The notes under the pieces were generated by a model. It was not told the DNA's origin. It made no database searches and was given only the letters and a program-made list of their open reading frames with translations. This document shows positions 12,810 to 25,794 of a stretch of DNA of 64,000 nt, in pieces; the first letter of the stretch is position 1, and every line of letters starts with the position of its first letter. This stretch comes from Octopus sinensis (taxonomy: Eukaryota): the NCBI RefSeq assembly GCF_006345805.1, contig NC_043000.1, forward strand, positions 136,338,001 to 136,402,000, written 5' to 3'. Position numbers and translations under genes: made by a program.

Positions 12810-13111
12810 TCGCCCTTTTCAAGCCTAGCCAGGCTCATGGGCCCGGTTTACTGGTTTCTGTGGCATATGTGTTCCCCCCAGCTGGACGGGATGCCAGTCC
12901 ATCGTAGCGTTACTCAAGAAACAGAAAGAGAGAGTGAGAAAAAGTTGTGGCGAAAGAGTACAACAGGGGTCGCCACCACCCCTTGCCGGAGCCTCATAGA
13001 GCTTTTAGGTGTATTTGCTCAATAAACACACACAACCCCCAGTCTGGGAATCAAAACTGCGATCCTCCAACCGCAAGTCCGCTGCCCTAACCACTGGGCC
13101 ATTGCGCCTCC
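12810..13111 (-). mobile_element. SINE family A head with tail type 3 (V-SINE-like GATGGACTGGCATCCCGTCCAG motif)
   Basis: Reverse complement of the family A head at 12935-13111; a different 3' body at 12810-12930. Confidence 0.8.
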
Positions 13112-13802
13112 AGAACAAACATAGGCCATGATTAATTACATGCATTGTTTGTGCACCGTTATTGTTGTTTCTTTCTAAGTCATAGTATCTGTGATTGTTC
13201 TAAATATGTTTATCCATCAGTTAGCTATGACTATATCTTGTGTTGTGGATGTTAACAGTGGTGTGGTGCATAAGTCTTTGTAATATGTTTGTAGTATTGC
13301 CTGTAACAAAATTTGGATGGAACAAACTCAAATGAGATAAATAATACAAAAGTTATTTCTTTTCAAAGTATTTACTTTTCAATTTTCTCACGATAGCTTC
13401 TGCTTAGCTGAAATTTCTCAGTAAAAAAAAATACAACTACATATGATCATATAACCTGCCTCTATGTATTCTGTATTCACCCCCACCCCACCCCTCCTCC
13501 TTCTCCATCTCTCATCTCCTTCTCATCATCATCTTCATTTTGCATCCCATTTTCCATGCTGGCATGAGTTTTATTAGGTCTTATAATATCTGGTGACTTA
13601 TGATACTTCATCATTTGCCACATATAACACAAAAAAAAAGAAGATAAAAGTGAACAAAGACGGCAACAATTTTTGTCGCAATTGAGAAGTCGTTTCTGAC
13701 AAGATGAAAATGTTAGCCCCTGTTCATTCCTTCCTGCATAGAATATTCTTCACTGATGAGATCAAATAAGATCAAGATATCTTTTATCCATCTGAATTCT
13801 GT

Positions 13803-14233
13803 GGATCTTTTCGGTTTGAATGGCAGTTTTTTAAAATAATTTCCACGTAACTAAACACTTTTAAACTTCGTATACTGGTAGAATATGTTTATAAAACATC
13901 TTTTTTCTTGGCTTTATTGAGAAAATTCTATAGTTTGTAAGATATTTGTTGTTTTTTTCTTCAATTTCTGCAATTTCAACCAATCAATGACGTCTATTGA
14001 GGTGAAAACATTCTGTGCCGTATGAAAATGTCCCTCATTTAAGAAACAGATTGGGTTTATTTACATTTCTGAAGAAAAAAAGATACCCTTCCTCCACCTC
14101 TAACCCTAACCCTAACTAACCCTAACCCTAAAATAGATTGAAATGCAATAGATCGATACTAGGGTCATAATTATGAGTGACAATTTCATATGACACCGCT
14201 AGAAAAAAACTGCTGTTCAAACCGAAAAGGTTC
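13803..14233. mobile_element. Non-autonomous TIR element (Merlin-like) with internal CCCTAA repeats
   Basis: TIR GGATCTTTTCGGTTTGAATGGCAGTTTTT vs AAAAAACTGCTGTTCAAACCGAAAAGGTTC; exact 8-bp TSD AATTCTGT (13795-13802, 14234-14241). A GG start with an 8-9-bp TSD is typical of Merlin. Confidence 0.8.
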
Positions 14234-15409
14234 AATTCTGTATATTTTCTAAAAAGTTCAGTTGGTGGATTTTATTGGAGTTATCTCCCTGTCTATTGCT
14301 TTTTGATTTTTGACACCATTCAGGAAGGCGTTGTCTATTAAGTTCTTGGATAAACTCAGTTTTATCTTAGGTTTTCAAATCAATATGTTGCATATGTGAG
14401 GTTCTATTATATTTGTACTTACCATGCAGTACATTCCTGTGTGATATTTTCCTACAGCCATATTAATGTTGTGTGTATATTTGCATAGAATTGCTAATCA
14501 TTATATCAATGCAAAATTAAATTTTCAAATAAAAGATCTGAAAAATAACTTAAGAATATGGAGTGGACAGAGGAATAATTGAAATAAAATTAGAACTGTG
14601 GATGTTCAGTTTGCTTTGAATACTGTCAAATGATAAAGATTTGTTTTATATTTAGAGTAAATTGCCATTCAAGAACTATACTATGGATTCATATGTAAAG
14701 AAGGATATTAACTAATGTGAGAATAGCAAAATATAGCTAGGAGCAAAAATGCCAATTCAATAGAAGCAATAAAAAGCAACTAAATAAATGATTAAATTTT
14801 TAAAATAAAAATTTATAAATAGCAATGTAAAATGTAAAAGAGAAATATTTCATGGAAAAATTTAACATTTGGAAGTTGCTGTGGTTATGATAGGAAAGAC
14901 ATACAAATATTAACATTTACATACTTTCATATGCACGTGGACACGTTCATCTGCATACTTAGCCTCAAATATACACATATTCATACATTCATTTATACAC
15001 ATACATACGCTCAGACATACACATATACATACATATCCATACACACATATATATATATACTTACAAATATGTAAATGCAAACGTACACAATCGCAAACAT
15101 GTGTGAGTGTGTGTGCCATAGATTGTTTTACGTTTGCTTATTCCATGTAGGCATGAGGTGAACTAGATTTTTCGAGACTGTTCTAGAACTGGATATTTTC
15201 CCCTGTTGCTAACCATTGCTTTTATTTGAAATAACGTACTTTTTAATCCATTTATGTTCTTCACACCCCAGGCTATGAAACATATATGGAAGCCATAATT
15301 AAATGTAACCATTACCCAAACAGTATCACTGTCATAAAATACAGAGACAAACACTCACACACATACATTTCCTTACACACACACACACACACGCACATAC
15401 ACACACACA

Positions 15410-15443
<34 letters not shown>

Positions 15444-16319
15444 GTTATAAATAGCGAGAGAAATAGTATGAGGAAATTTAACTATAAGAAAATTCAGATA
15501 TCATGACAAATTGTTTCATAACTTAAAGCATGTAAAGATAGTTTATCTTATTATATTTAATAATAAATAAATTACTTACATGTACAAAAAATACTTCTAA
15601 AAACGCAGAAATTAAGCTACATCTTCAGGTGGAAGAAAAAATCTTAAATACTAAAGTCTCGACGTAAGGTTTCAAGAATGCAAAGTCCATGTTTAAATAG
15701 AACATTAAAAGTTATAGAAGACAATAATGATAAAATTCATATAAAATGATAAGACGATTGTGTAACTTTGTTAACAAACTTTTAGCCGCTAGCACCTGAC
15801 AATCTAGATATCTCACTCTACGCTTAGTTGTTCTACACACAAAGGTAACATTTCTAATCCCTATAGACCCATATAGACTACAACCTACACATGTTTGTTA
15901 TGCAACCTAAACTGTAAGCGAACATCAATACATTTGTTTCATCCTACGTAAATACTTCTGCTGCTAAATTGTTTGTGCATCACTGAAGGGGACTGAGCAA
16001 TTAATATGCGCCAACACTCCATTCTACTATGTGTGGCATCCAATTTATGGAACTGATATCGTGCTTAGCACTATGCAAACGTCTGCCACCATGGTGGCGC
16101 CAGCACCCTGCCAAAATCTTATCCAGACATTAGGCCCAAAATTAAGAAAATTGCTGGTATCGCTTTGATAACGTTAAAGCCATGTAACCTAGCTGGCCAA
16201 TAGAGGCCTAAACACCTAGAAGCTGATCTAGATTTCTCTCAAAATTCTCACTCTGATCCCAGAATATGATGAGATGTACGTATCCCACGAAACTTTAAAA
16301 TCAGGTGGAGCTGAATCAA

Positions 16320-16383
<64 letters not shown>

Positions 16384-16480
16384 TATATAAAATATTATTA
16401 GAGACAACAAACCACTATTTTGCAAACAAACAAGGAAAGACTTAATCAATACATAAAATTTTAATAATAGTCAAAAACCG

Positions 16481-16523
16481 CCACTACAATTGTTTCTTGT
16501 CTTGATCGACAATCTTCAGGTGG
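16481..16523 (-). ncRNA. Type I hammerhead ribozyme, minimal PLE type
   Basis: CCAC-CTGAAGA-TTGTC-GATCAA-GACAA-GAAA-CAATTG-TA-GTGG: stem I CCAC/GTGG, core CUGAAGA and GAAA, 5-bp stem II, palindromic stem III ACAATTGT, GUA cleavage triplet. Confidence 0.85.
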
Positions 16524-17097
16524 ACTTCCAATCTAAAATATCAATATTTTAAAATATAAAAATAATAATTTTAAATAATTAAGTATGAATGAAAAAATAT
16601 AAAATATAATCCATATATAACCTATATATAATCCTATATATAATCATATATAAACAATATATAAACTAAAATAAACCTATCAACAATTAAATATAAAATA
16701 TAAAATAAAATATAAAATATAAAACAAAAAACAAAAAAATAATATATAATAATAAACTATATATACACCCATACACATATACCTAATTAATATATCCATA
16801 TATCTAACTACATACACTAAATCACACCCCTATATATATATCCCTATACATACACATAAAACGTCTAGGCAACTATAAATAAATAAAATAGCTAAATACT
16901 TCAACAATACTTATTCATACTCCCACACCACACACACATACAACCCACATTCACGCTCTAGAAAACGGACATCACTTAAAATTATGAACGGAGAAATGGA
17001 ATGCTGTACATAGATATAATTTTTATAATAATTTTAATAAAATAAAGAATTATAAATATTTATAATAATGATATAATAATAAGGTTTTTAAGAATAA

Positions 17098-17775
17098 AAT
17101 ATGGTTAATAGTTCCTTATGGAGATCAAGTAAAAACGAATATTATTAAAGAGATTTTAGATGTTATAGAACTATTTATTAGAGATAATTGTAAATATAGA
17201 AACATTTTCTCTTTTAATAATTTTGGAGTTGGTTATTCTACCACTAATAATGTTGGTAACATTATTTCTTCATTTAATAATATAAACTGAATAATTTTTA
17301 AAAAAGAAATTATTTGATATAATATTAATAATGATAGACTTTCTTATTAATTGTACATGTAGATAATCTAATTGTATATTAAATAATAATTGTGATATTA
17401 ACGATGTAGTGTATAAATGTATAGTTACATTACATGATAATTACTTTAAGAATAATAATTACCCAAAAGCGGTTTATATAGGTTCTACTTCCTCAAAAAT
17501 AAACTAAGAATCGCACAACATATAATTCTTTTAAAATAAAAACTTAATCAACTCAACCGGACTTAGTAATACATTTGGAGTCTTAAATCACTAATATTAA
17601 TTATAGTTTAATTGGGAAATAATTTGTAAAACTAAATCATATACTATAGGAGCTAATTGTTGTTATTTATGCTCTAATGAGTTTAAAGAAATTTTTTATA
17701 AGTATGATATTTACTTAATACTGGTGAAGAGCGCAAAATAAAATGCAGACATAAGTTACTTTACCTATATAATAA
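17098..17775 (+). pseudogene. PLE RT-EN linker plus GIY-YIG endonuclease, with frameshifts and stops
   Basis: WLIVPYGDQVKTNIIKEIL..VGYSTTNNVGNIISSFN; CTCR*SNCILNNNCDINDVVYKCIV..VYIGSTS; KLRIAQH; NSTGLS; NWEIICKTKSY..CYLCSNE; KCRHK. Confidence 0.85.
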
Positions 17776-20700
17776 TTTTCATGATAAATAGCAATATAGT
17801 TCCCCTATTAGGTTACTTTAGTTTAGTTTAAATTATTTAGATATATATATTTTTGGTTATGTAGTCTAGGCTTTAATTATAGTTAGTCTTTATTGATATT
17901 TCTTTGTTTTAATTAGTTCATTTTTATGTATATTAATATAACAGTTTATGGTATGTTAAAACTTTAAATTTATATTAGATTTTTTTTTTTTTCTTTATTT
18001 ATATATTTTTTTATTTTTATTTATTTTATTATGTATTTTTATTATGCATTTGTTATATGTATTTTGGAGGATATATTTATATGTTGATGGGTGTTATTTA
18101 GTGGTTTTTTTTGAGTTTTGTATGTATGTGTGAATGTTTACGATCCCTTTGTTTTTTGTTTTTTATTTGGTATGTTGAATTGACAGATTTTATTTGGGTA
18201 TTGTCTGTTATAATAAAGTACACACCCATAACAAATAAAGTGCCCACTTCATTCGCGCGTACCTGGAATTGCATGTGAGCCTCAACATATACCCAAACGG
18301 CCACTCCCGCCCTATACGGACAAATAACACATACATCCCCAAAAATGGGCGTAATCCCACTCACACCAATCATATGTATACAATTATACACACTAGAATA
18401 ATACATAACTAACCCAAATATACAGAACATATTAAAAATCACCAACAAACCCCATCACAAATGAAACTACACCCATACAATGACAAAATTCCCCCTCTAT
18501 ACCCAATTTACACCCCATAGCAATCCCAATATATTCATCCATACATGGACGCACGTGCGTGAAGCACATGCACACAATAAATACGTACAACCCCCAATAC
18601 ACACTCATATACATACGTATCAAGCTCGACATCCACAGCAATACGCTTACACCCACTCACACCCAGATGGGTGAATTGCACAACCGGGAACGCACACAAC
18701 CACGTGTGCGTATTTTGATTGTTCAACTCGCCCATATGCATGTATCGGGCGCGATTACATTGTTGCACATATCGAGCCCAACTAGCATGCATATGTACAG
18801 TGAGGGGGTACACGTACATGCCGTGCGCGTGTACCCCCTGCATTTATACCCGTGCGTGAATATACACATGTGGAGACTACACACAGGTACAAATGTGTAT
18901 AGTAATGGGAGCCCCATCCCTACCTCAATGTATACTCTCACCCATCCGCACGGATTGAAAGCGAATCTCCGGTGTAATGTTGAGGCTTATATGTAGCGCT
19001 GTGGAGTTGAACGTCGTTGAAATTGTGAATGAATGGGTGGAGTTGGGAATTGTAACCGGGTGGTGGGCTAGCGTTGCTCGGAATTGGGAAGGAATAGTGT
19101 AGTAGTAAGGCAGGTATCGAGAATAGATTTGGGTTACTGCAAGTTGTTTGTTAGAGCTGCTAAGATGAGCTAAAGCTCATAATTGTATATAATAATTTAT
19201 TATGGTAGTTTAATTAAAGAATCCATTCATATAAATTTTTTTTTTTTTAAGTAGTGTTGGTTTGCCAAGTGGATATATGTTTTTTAGTTCCATTTAATCT
19301 ATTTCCTCCATTCATATTTTAAATGACGTTTACTTTCCATGGCGCGTATTCTTTTTTTACATAAGTTATATTTCTATGGTAACGTAATTTTGGGGTTGGT
19401 TTTTTTAACGGCTAGAATTTAATTTCACTTCATATATTTGAAACTGACTTGTAAGTATGTATTTTATTTCTTCCTTATGTCATATTGTTATTTTTGATAT
19501 TCTGGTTAATTACGATGTATTTAATGTTGTTTTTTATTGGAGTGTTTTATGTATATGAGATTGTGTGTGAGTTTTTAGTTGTATATTTATTTATCTGTAT
19601 GAGTGTGGGTGTGTAAATATTGTTTGTATATATCGAGTTTAGTGAGTATGTATATGCGTATATGTGAGGGAGTATATGTATCTGTTTGTGTGTTGTTGTG
19701 TTTTGCGTGTGTGTTTATGTGTGAATGTGTATATGGGTTTGTTATTTAGGTTTTGGGGATGTATGTGTTAATTTGTCTGTGGGGAGGGAGTGGGTTTTTG
19801 GTGTATATTGAGGTTTATACATGTTTCATTCATAATTTTTGAGTGGTGTTCGTTTTGCCACGTGAATATTATTTTTAATTCCATTATTCCATTTCTCCAT
19901 TCATTATTTTAAAAGATGTTCGTTTCCAGAGCGGTTATACTTTTTATAATATGTTAAGTTCCTCCTTGGTAAAGTAATTTTGTTTGTTGGGCTTATATGT
20001 ACTTGTGTGTGTGTGAGTGGGGTGGGTGTTTGTATTTGTTATGGGTGTGTGGTTTCGTGTGTGTATTTGTGTGTGAATGTATAGTTTTAAGGGATTGCTA
20101 TATAAGTATGTTATAGTGTTTAGTAAAGGGAGGTTTTATCATTTATTTTTGTGAGTTTTAGCTATCATGGTAGTTTTATAAAAGAATCCATTCATATTTT
20201 TGTGTTTATTTGTCTGTGTGGGGTTGAGTGGGTTTTTGGAGTATATGTTGAGTTTATATGTATGTATATGTATGTGTAAGTGGTGTGGGTATTTGTTATG
20301 TCGTGGGTGTGTGGTTTACGTGTGTGTATTTGTATGTGAATGTTTTAGGTTAGGGGGATTGCTATATAGGTATGTTATAGAGTTTAGTAAAGGGAGATTT
20401 ATATCATTATATGTTTCTATGAGTTTTGTTTATCATTGTAGGTTTGTTTCAAGGAATTCGTAGTAATTTGTGTCTATTTGCGATGTCTGTTGTTTTTTAT
20501 TTGCATTGTTTCATTTTTCATAATTTTTAAGTAGTGTTCGTTTTACCAAGTGAATATAATTTCAATTCCATTTATTCCATTTCTCCGTTCATAATTTTAA
20601 GTGATGTCCGTTTTCTAGAGCGTGAATGTGGGTTGTATGTGTGTGTGTGTGGGAGTATGAATAAGTATTGTGTTGAAGTATTTAGCTATTTTATTTATTT

Positions 20701-21033
20701 ATAGTTGCCTAGACGGTTTTATGTGTATGTATAGGGATATATATATAGAGGTGTGATTTAGTGTATGTAGTTAGATATGGTTATATATAATTAGGTATAT
20801 GTGTATGGGTGTATATATAGTTTATATTATATTATATTATTTTTGTTTTGTTTTATATTTTATATTTTATATTTTATATTTTATATTTAATTGTTGATAG
20901 GTTTATTTTAGTTTATATATTGTTTATATATTGATTATATATGGATTATATTTTTTTTATATTTTTTCATTCAATTAATTATTTTAAAATTATATTTTTA
21001 TATTTTAAAATATTGATATTTTAGATTGGAAGT

Positions 21034-21078
21034 CCACCTGAAAGATTTGTCGATCAAGACAAGAAACAATTGTAGTGG
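21034..21078 (+). ncRNA. Type I hammerhead ribozyme, sense-strand copy with two homopolymer insertions
   Basis: CCAC-CTGAAAGA-TTTGTC-GATCAA-GACAA-GAAA-CAATTG-TA-GTGG; extra A in the core and extra T in stem II relative to 16481-16523. Confidence 0.7.
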
Positions 21079-21299
21079 CGGTTTTTTTGACTATTTATTA
21101 AAATTTTATGTATTGATTAAGTCTTTCCTTGTTGTTTTGCAAAATAGTTGGTTTTGTCTCTAATATATTTTATAATTTTTACTATAAAATTGGATTTAAT
21201 CTTAAATCTGATTTTTTCCCTGTAAATTTGGATTATTCCCTAATATTATTATATATATATATATATATATATAGCAATAAGAAATGGAGGAGAACAATA

Positions 21300-21510
21300 G
21301 GCGGTTCGTCAACTTTTAGACATTATATTATAAATTAATGGTAAGATATCTCTTACCTTCAACCATTTAGTACACTAGGTAATGTAATTGCAATGCAAAT
21401 AAAAAACATTTGTGTATTAATAATTGGGTATTCTACCAGCAGTATATTGGATAGATATTATCCCTTGGTGGGTTGGATTCACAACCTCTAAGTTTCTTAG
21501 AGTTATATAT
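21300..21510 (+). mobile_element. Terminal fragment of a second PLE-like family
   Basis: AGCAGTATATTGGATAGATATTATCCCTTGGTGGGTTG matches the reverse complement of ~34700-34745. Confidence 0.55.
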
Positions 21511-21539
21511 ATATATATACATACACACACACGCACATT

Positions 21540-21655
21540 GGTCAACGTAAGGTTTTAGAAGAAAGCGCTTGCCTAAAATGTCACACAATGGAATCGGACT
21601 AAATAAGAACGTATCTGTGAAGCAAACTTCTTAACTACACAGCCATTCCTGCGCC
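21540..21655 (-). mobile_element. SINE family B head, decayed
   Basis: Reverse complement AGGCGCAGGAATGGCTGTGTAGTTAAGAAGTTTGCTT resembles 58632 onward. Confidence 0.6.
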
Positions 21656-22118
21656 TGTATAAATATGCAGGTAAAATTCAGTTAGAGTGAACATGGTGGT
21701 ATATAAAAAAAATCATTGTAACGAAAAAATTCGTCAAAATTTGATTACACACACAAACGAAGTCATAGTCATTTTATTCTCAGTACGTTCGCTGAAAATA
21801 TGTAAATTTCATCGGCCAGGTCAACAAGTAAGCAGAATTTATTTTTCAGCCAATAATATATTAGCATAAAATAAATAAATTGTTTTAACAAAAGAGACGA
21901 GTGGGAAACTAGCTGCTGTTTTCGAATCTTCTCGTGTTTATTGTTAAAAGTTGTATCGGATATGAGCATCTGCTGGGGAACTACAGAGTAGCGGAGAAAG
22001 TTATTTTCATGCACTGATTTGCTTGTAGATAAACTGAGTAGTTAGGTAAACTTTAGGGAGGTATATAGAAAAAGGGAAAGAGGCTTTGTGTGTATGTATG
22101 TATGTATGTTAATTTGCA

Positions 22119-22644
22119 TATCGTAAATCCTCGAGTATAGTCCGCCCTTGAGTATAATACGCAGGGGATTTTTAGGGGGCTGTACCTCTGAAAAACCTAA
22201 ATCTTGTGTATAATACGCATCCCTTCTCTAACTTGAGTCGTGCGTAATTAAGCCAGCAGCACCTAGGAGAACAAACACTTCCGCTCATACGTAATACAAT
22301 AATGGGGATGTTCTTAACTGTTATATGGGAATGTAAATATGTTTGCAAATTGTTTTTGTTACATGTTATTTTGTGTTCTGAATACCTTTATTTTAATAAC
22401 TGTTGCTTACTGCAAGTTATGGATGATTCTTTTATGACTTCATTGCTTTCAGGCTTAGCTTAAGGTATTTTCGCGCTTGACATCACAAAATGCGTCTGGA
22501 TAAACATTGCCGGACAGCAAATAGAGACTCGGACATTGCTTAGAAAATATTTATCATTTTTAACCTCGTATATAATACGCACAAGGGATTTTGACCTTTA
22601 AATTTTGGGGAAAAAATGCGGATTATACTCGAGGATTTACGGTA
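22119..22644. mobile_element. pogo/Tigger-like MITE, copy 1
   Basis: TIR TA(T/C)CGTAAATCCTCGAGTATA.TCCGC at both ends with TA termini; internal ATAATACGCA motifs. Confidence 0.85.
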
Positions 22645-23255
22645 TATATCTAAATATGAGATCGAGGGACAAAGTATCAATCAGGACCGCAGTCGACGGA
22701 GTCAAATTTTCTCCTACCCAATTTATGTGTATTCTGGAATGATTCTTTTAAACTTTTTTTGTGTTCATTTATTTTTTAAAAATTCCTTCCCTTATTATGA
22801 ATTATAAGAAAAAGGTTAAGACTGTCGTAAAATAAAGAGCGACAAGAAGAATCTTATACTCTTATTCACACATATGGGTACACATACGTGCGTAGCCACA
22901 CGTACGTCTACGCACACAACAACTGTTCACACAAACATTAAAAAAACACACCCGACACACATATGCCCTTCACAGACTCACCACAATACACACTCACACA
23001 ATCACACACACACGCACGCACTCACTCTCATACACCCCCAAAGTATAATCACAGTAACAAAAGCTCGGAGGCAACGAGATAGACGTGAAGTAACGAGAGC
23101 ATGTCGTTGATGACGTCACAAATGGCTACGAAGAGATTCTGACAAACGAGGTAAATGATTGATCGAATGGTTAACGAACCTATCGATTAATTTATCGGTT
23201 AATTGGTTAATAATTAGAAAGTAACCCTTTCCACTATATGCATAAGGCCTGAAAT

Positions 23256-23641
23256 GTGGAGGCGCAATGGCCCAGTGGTTAGGGCAGCGGACTCGCGGTC
23301 ATAGGATCGCAGTTTCGATTCCCAGACCGGGCGTTGTGAGTGTTTATTGAGCGAAAACACCTAAGAGCTCCACGAGGATCTGGAAGGGGATGGTGGTGAT
23401 CCCTGCTGTACTCTTTCACCACAACTTTCTCTCACTCTTACTTCCTGTTTCTGTTGTACCTGTATTTTCAAAGGGCCGGCCTTGTCACTCTCTGTGTCAT
23501 GCTGAATATCCCCGAGAACTACGTTAAGGGTACACGTGTCTGTGGAGTGCTCAGCCACTTACACGTTAATTTCACGAGCAGACTGTTCCGTTGATTCGGA
23601 TCATCCGGAACCCTCGTCGTCGTAACCGACGGAGTGCTTCC
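23256..23641 (+). mobile_element. SINE family A head with tail type 2, flanked by a 12-bp TSD and nested in a family C SINE
   Basis: AAGGCCTGAAAT (23244-23255) / AAGGCTTGAAAT (23642-23653); the host family C copy continues on the minus strand at 23654-23815. Confidence 0.9.
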
Positions 23642-24084
23642 AAGGCTTGAAATATTGGGCAAGTGGGCTAATCGATTACATCGATCCCAGCACCTGACTG
23701 CTATTTATTTTATCAACCCCGAAAGGGTGAACGGCAAAGTTGACCTCGGCGGCATTTGAGCATAAAGACACAAAAATGCTTGACGCGCGCAAATGATTCT
23801 GCCAGCTTGCTGCCTTTAATTAATGGATAATAATAAAAGAAGTGAACCAGAACGCTACGTGTATTTTTTATCGGTAAAACGACTCTCCTGAAATACAAAG
23901 ACTTGTTTCAATACACGTTTTCACATCAAGAATCCTGCAATACGAATGTATCAAGGATCATGAAATACGAAAGTATAAACGAAGTAATATTTTCAAAAAC
24001 TTGAAACCAAACAGTTTAAATTGTTTCTTTAAAATAATTATTATTAATATTGTAATATTATATCGTATTATTTATACTAAACGT

Positions 24085-24395
24085 AAGCGACCTTGGATCT
24101 TTTCAGTTTGAAGGCCAGATTTTCCTAGTTAACTAAACAATTTGAAACTTCGTATACTGGTAGAATGTGTCAAAAGAAAACATAATTGTAAACCAAAATG
24201 AAAACGGAATTGTAATTTCTAAGTTTAACGTTGTTTAATAATTCGAATTTTAACCAATGGTATTCTTTCTTTCGACCTCATATTATTTACTTTCCTCTCT
24301 CTCAAAATATTGTTACTGTGACGTAAACAGCTATTTTGTGACGTAGTTAACGTAAACATGTAAATAGCTAACTAAAAATGTAAACATCTCCGCTT
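24085..24395 (+). mobile_element. Merlin-like family terminal fragment
   Basis: GGATCTTTTCAGTTTGAAGGCCAG..AAACTTCGTATACTGGTAGAATG; near-identical inverted copy at 52590-52885. Confidence 0.75.
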
Positions 24396-25261
24396 ATCAT
24401 AAACTTCTTGGAGTATATATAAAATTTGTGTAGATCCTAAATAGCTACACACACATGTATACAAACATATGCATATATATATACACACATATTCTAATGC
24501 CTATGCATATATGTGTATATACTCATAATGTGTGTGTATTATAGATGCATACATTATATATATATAAAAGATGTTTACATACAATATATATGTTATATAC
24601 TTCTACATGTATATGTATGTATGAATATATAAGAACCACAGAATTTGAATCAAACTGTTTTGATCCATACATACACACACACACACACACACACCAACGC
24701 TACCATCCATGAGACATCCTAACATAATCAATGCTACTACTACTATCATCAGGGTTAGGTTTTGGGTTTTAGGGTTAGGGTTGGGATTTAGGATTAGATT
24801 TACGGAAACAAGCGAGAAATGAAGAAATTGGAGGTGGAGGGGTAGGGGGCAAAATTTTTTTCCGAAAATAGTTGCTGAAATCAAGAATCAAGAAATGACT
24901 TTCACTTTTTCATGAGCGGCTATTGAAAAAGCTGGGGTTTTAATATGACAAAAGAAAATACAAAAAGGTGGGCTTTTATGCACATATGTACTAATGGATA
25001 TCATATATATGTACAAAATGAAACTTGAGATTTCGAAAGAAATTGTGATGTGTGCCACTATTTTCCTTTTGACATCAAATTCCAATATAATCTGAATATA
25101 TACATTCTGAAAAGTATTTGTAGCAAATTTCATTAAAAAATACCCAAGTTATGAGGAAACAAAGTCAACTCATGTGAATTTCCCGAAACCTCTCTTCCTA
25201 ACCACAGAATTTTTTTAAATATTAAATTCCTACATAAGCGGAATATAAACCATCTAAAACA

Positions 25262-25780
25262 TACCGTAAATCCTCAAGTATAATCCGCATTATTTTCCCA
25301 AAATTTAAAGGTCAAAATCCCTAGTGCGTACTATATATGAGGTTAAAAATGGAAATTATTTTCTAAGCAATGTCCAAGTCTCTATTTGCTGTCAGGCAAT
25401 GTTTATTCAGAGGCATTTTGTGATGTCGGGCTCGAAAATACCTTAAGCTAAGCCTGAAAGCAATGAAGTCATAAAAGAATCATCCATAACTTGCAATAAG
25501 CAACATTTATTAAACGTTATTACTGTTATTTCTTTATTTTCTGCAAACAAAATGCACAAAAAAGCTACATGTTTGCATTATGTTATATATACAATAATAA
25601 TAATAAAGGACGTTACCGTATACATTTTTAGAAACCAAGGACGTTATACAGACCTCCTTGACTGAAGTTAGAGAAGGGGTGCGTATTATACACAAGGTTT
25701 AGGTTTTCCAGAGGTACAGCCCCCTAAAAATCCCCTGCGTATTATACTCAAGGGCAGACTATACTCGAGGATTAACGGTA
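25262..25780. mobile_element. pogo/Tigger-like MITE, copy 2 (inverted relative to copy 1)
   Basis: Same TIRs; the body is the reverse complement of 22119-22644 apart from a differing middle. Confidence 0.85.
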
Positions 25781-25794
25781 TTTTTTGAAAATAG

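Larger units (their letters stand above)
16386..21247 (+). mobile_element. 5'-truncated Penelope-like retroelement with ~600-bp inverted arms and a 3' tail
   Basis: 16386-~17000 is the reverse complement of ~20575-21174; GIY-YIG remnant inside; a hammerhead in each arm; ~70-bp tail beyond the arm; TA microsatellite at both ends. Confidence 0.9.

Noticed and set aside
13753-13785. CTGATGA-GATC..GATC hammerhead-like motif
   Set aside because: GAAA is incomplete and stem I does not form.
17000-18100. Mitochondrial insertion suggested by extreme AT content
   Set aside because: It translates to PLE linker and GIY-YIG motifs, not mitochondrial genes.
23256-23335. tRNA gene call for SINE heads (also 6846, 55196, 58632, 63022)
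   Set aside because: A- and B-box-like motifs run into shared SINE bodies with tails and TSDs; no complete cloverleaf or terminator was seen.
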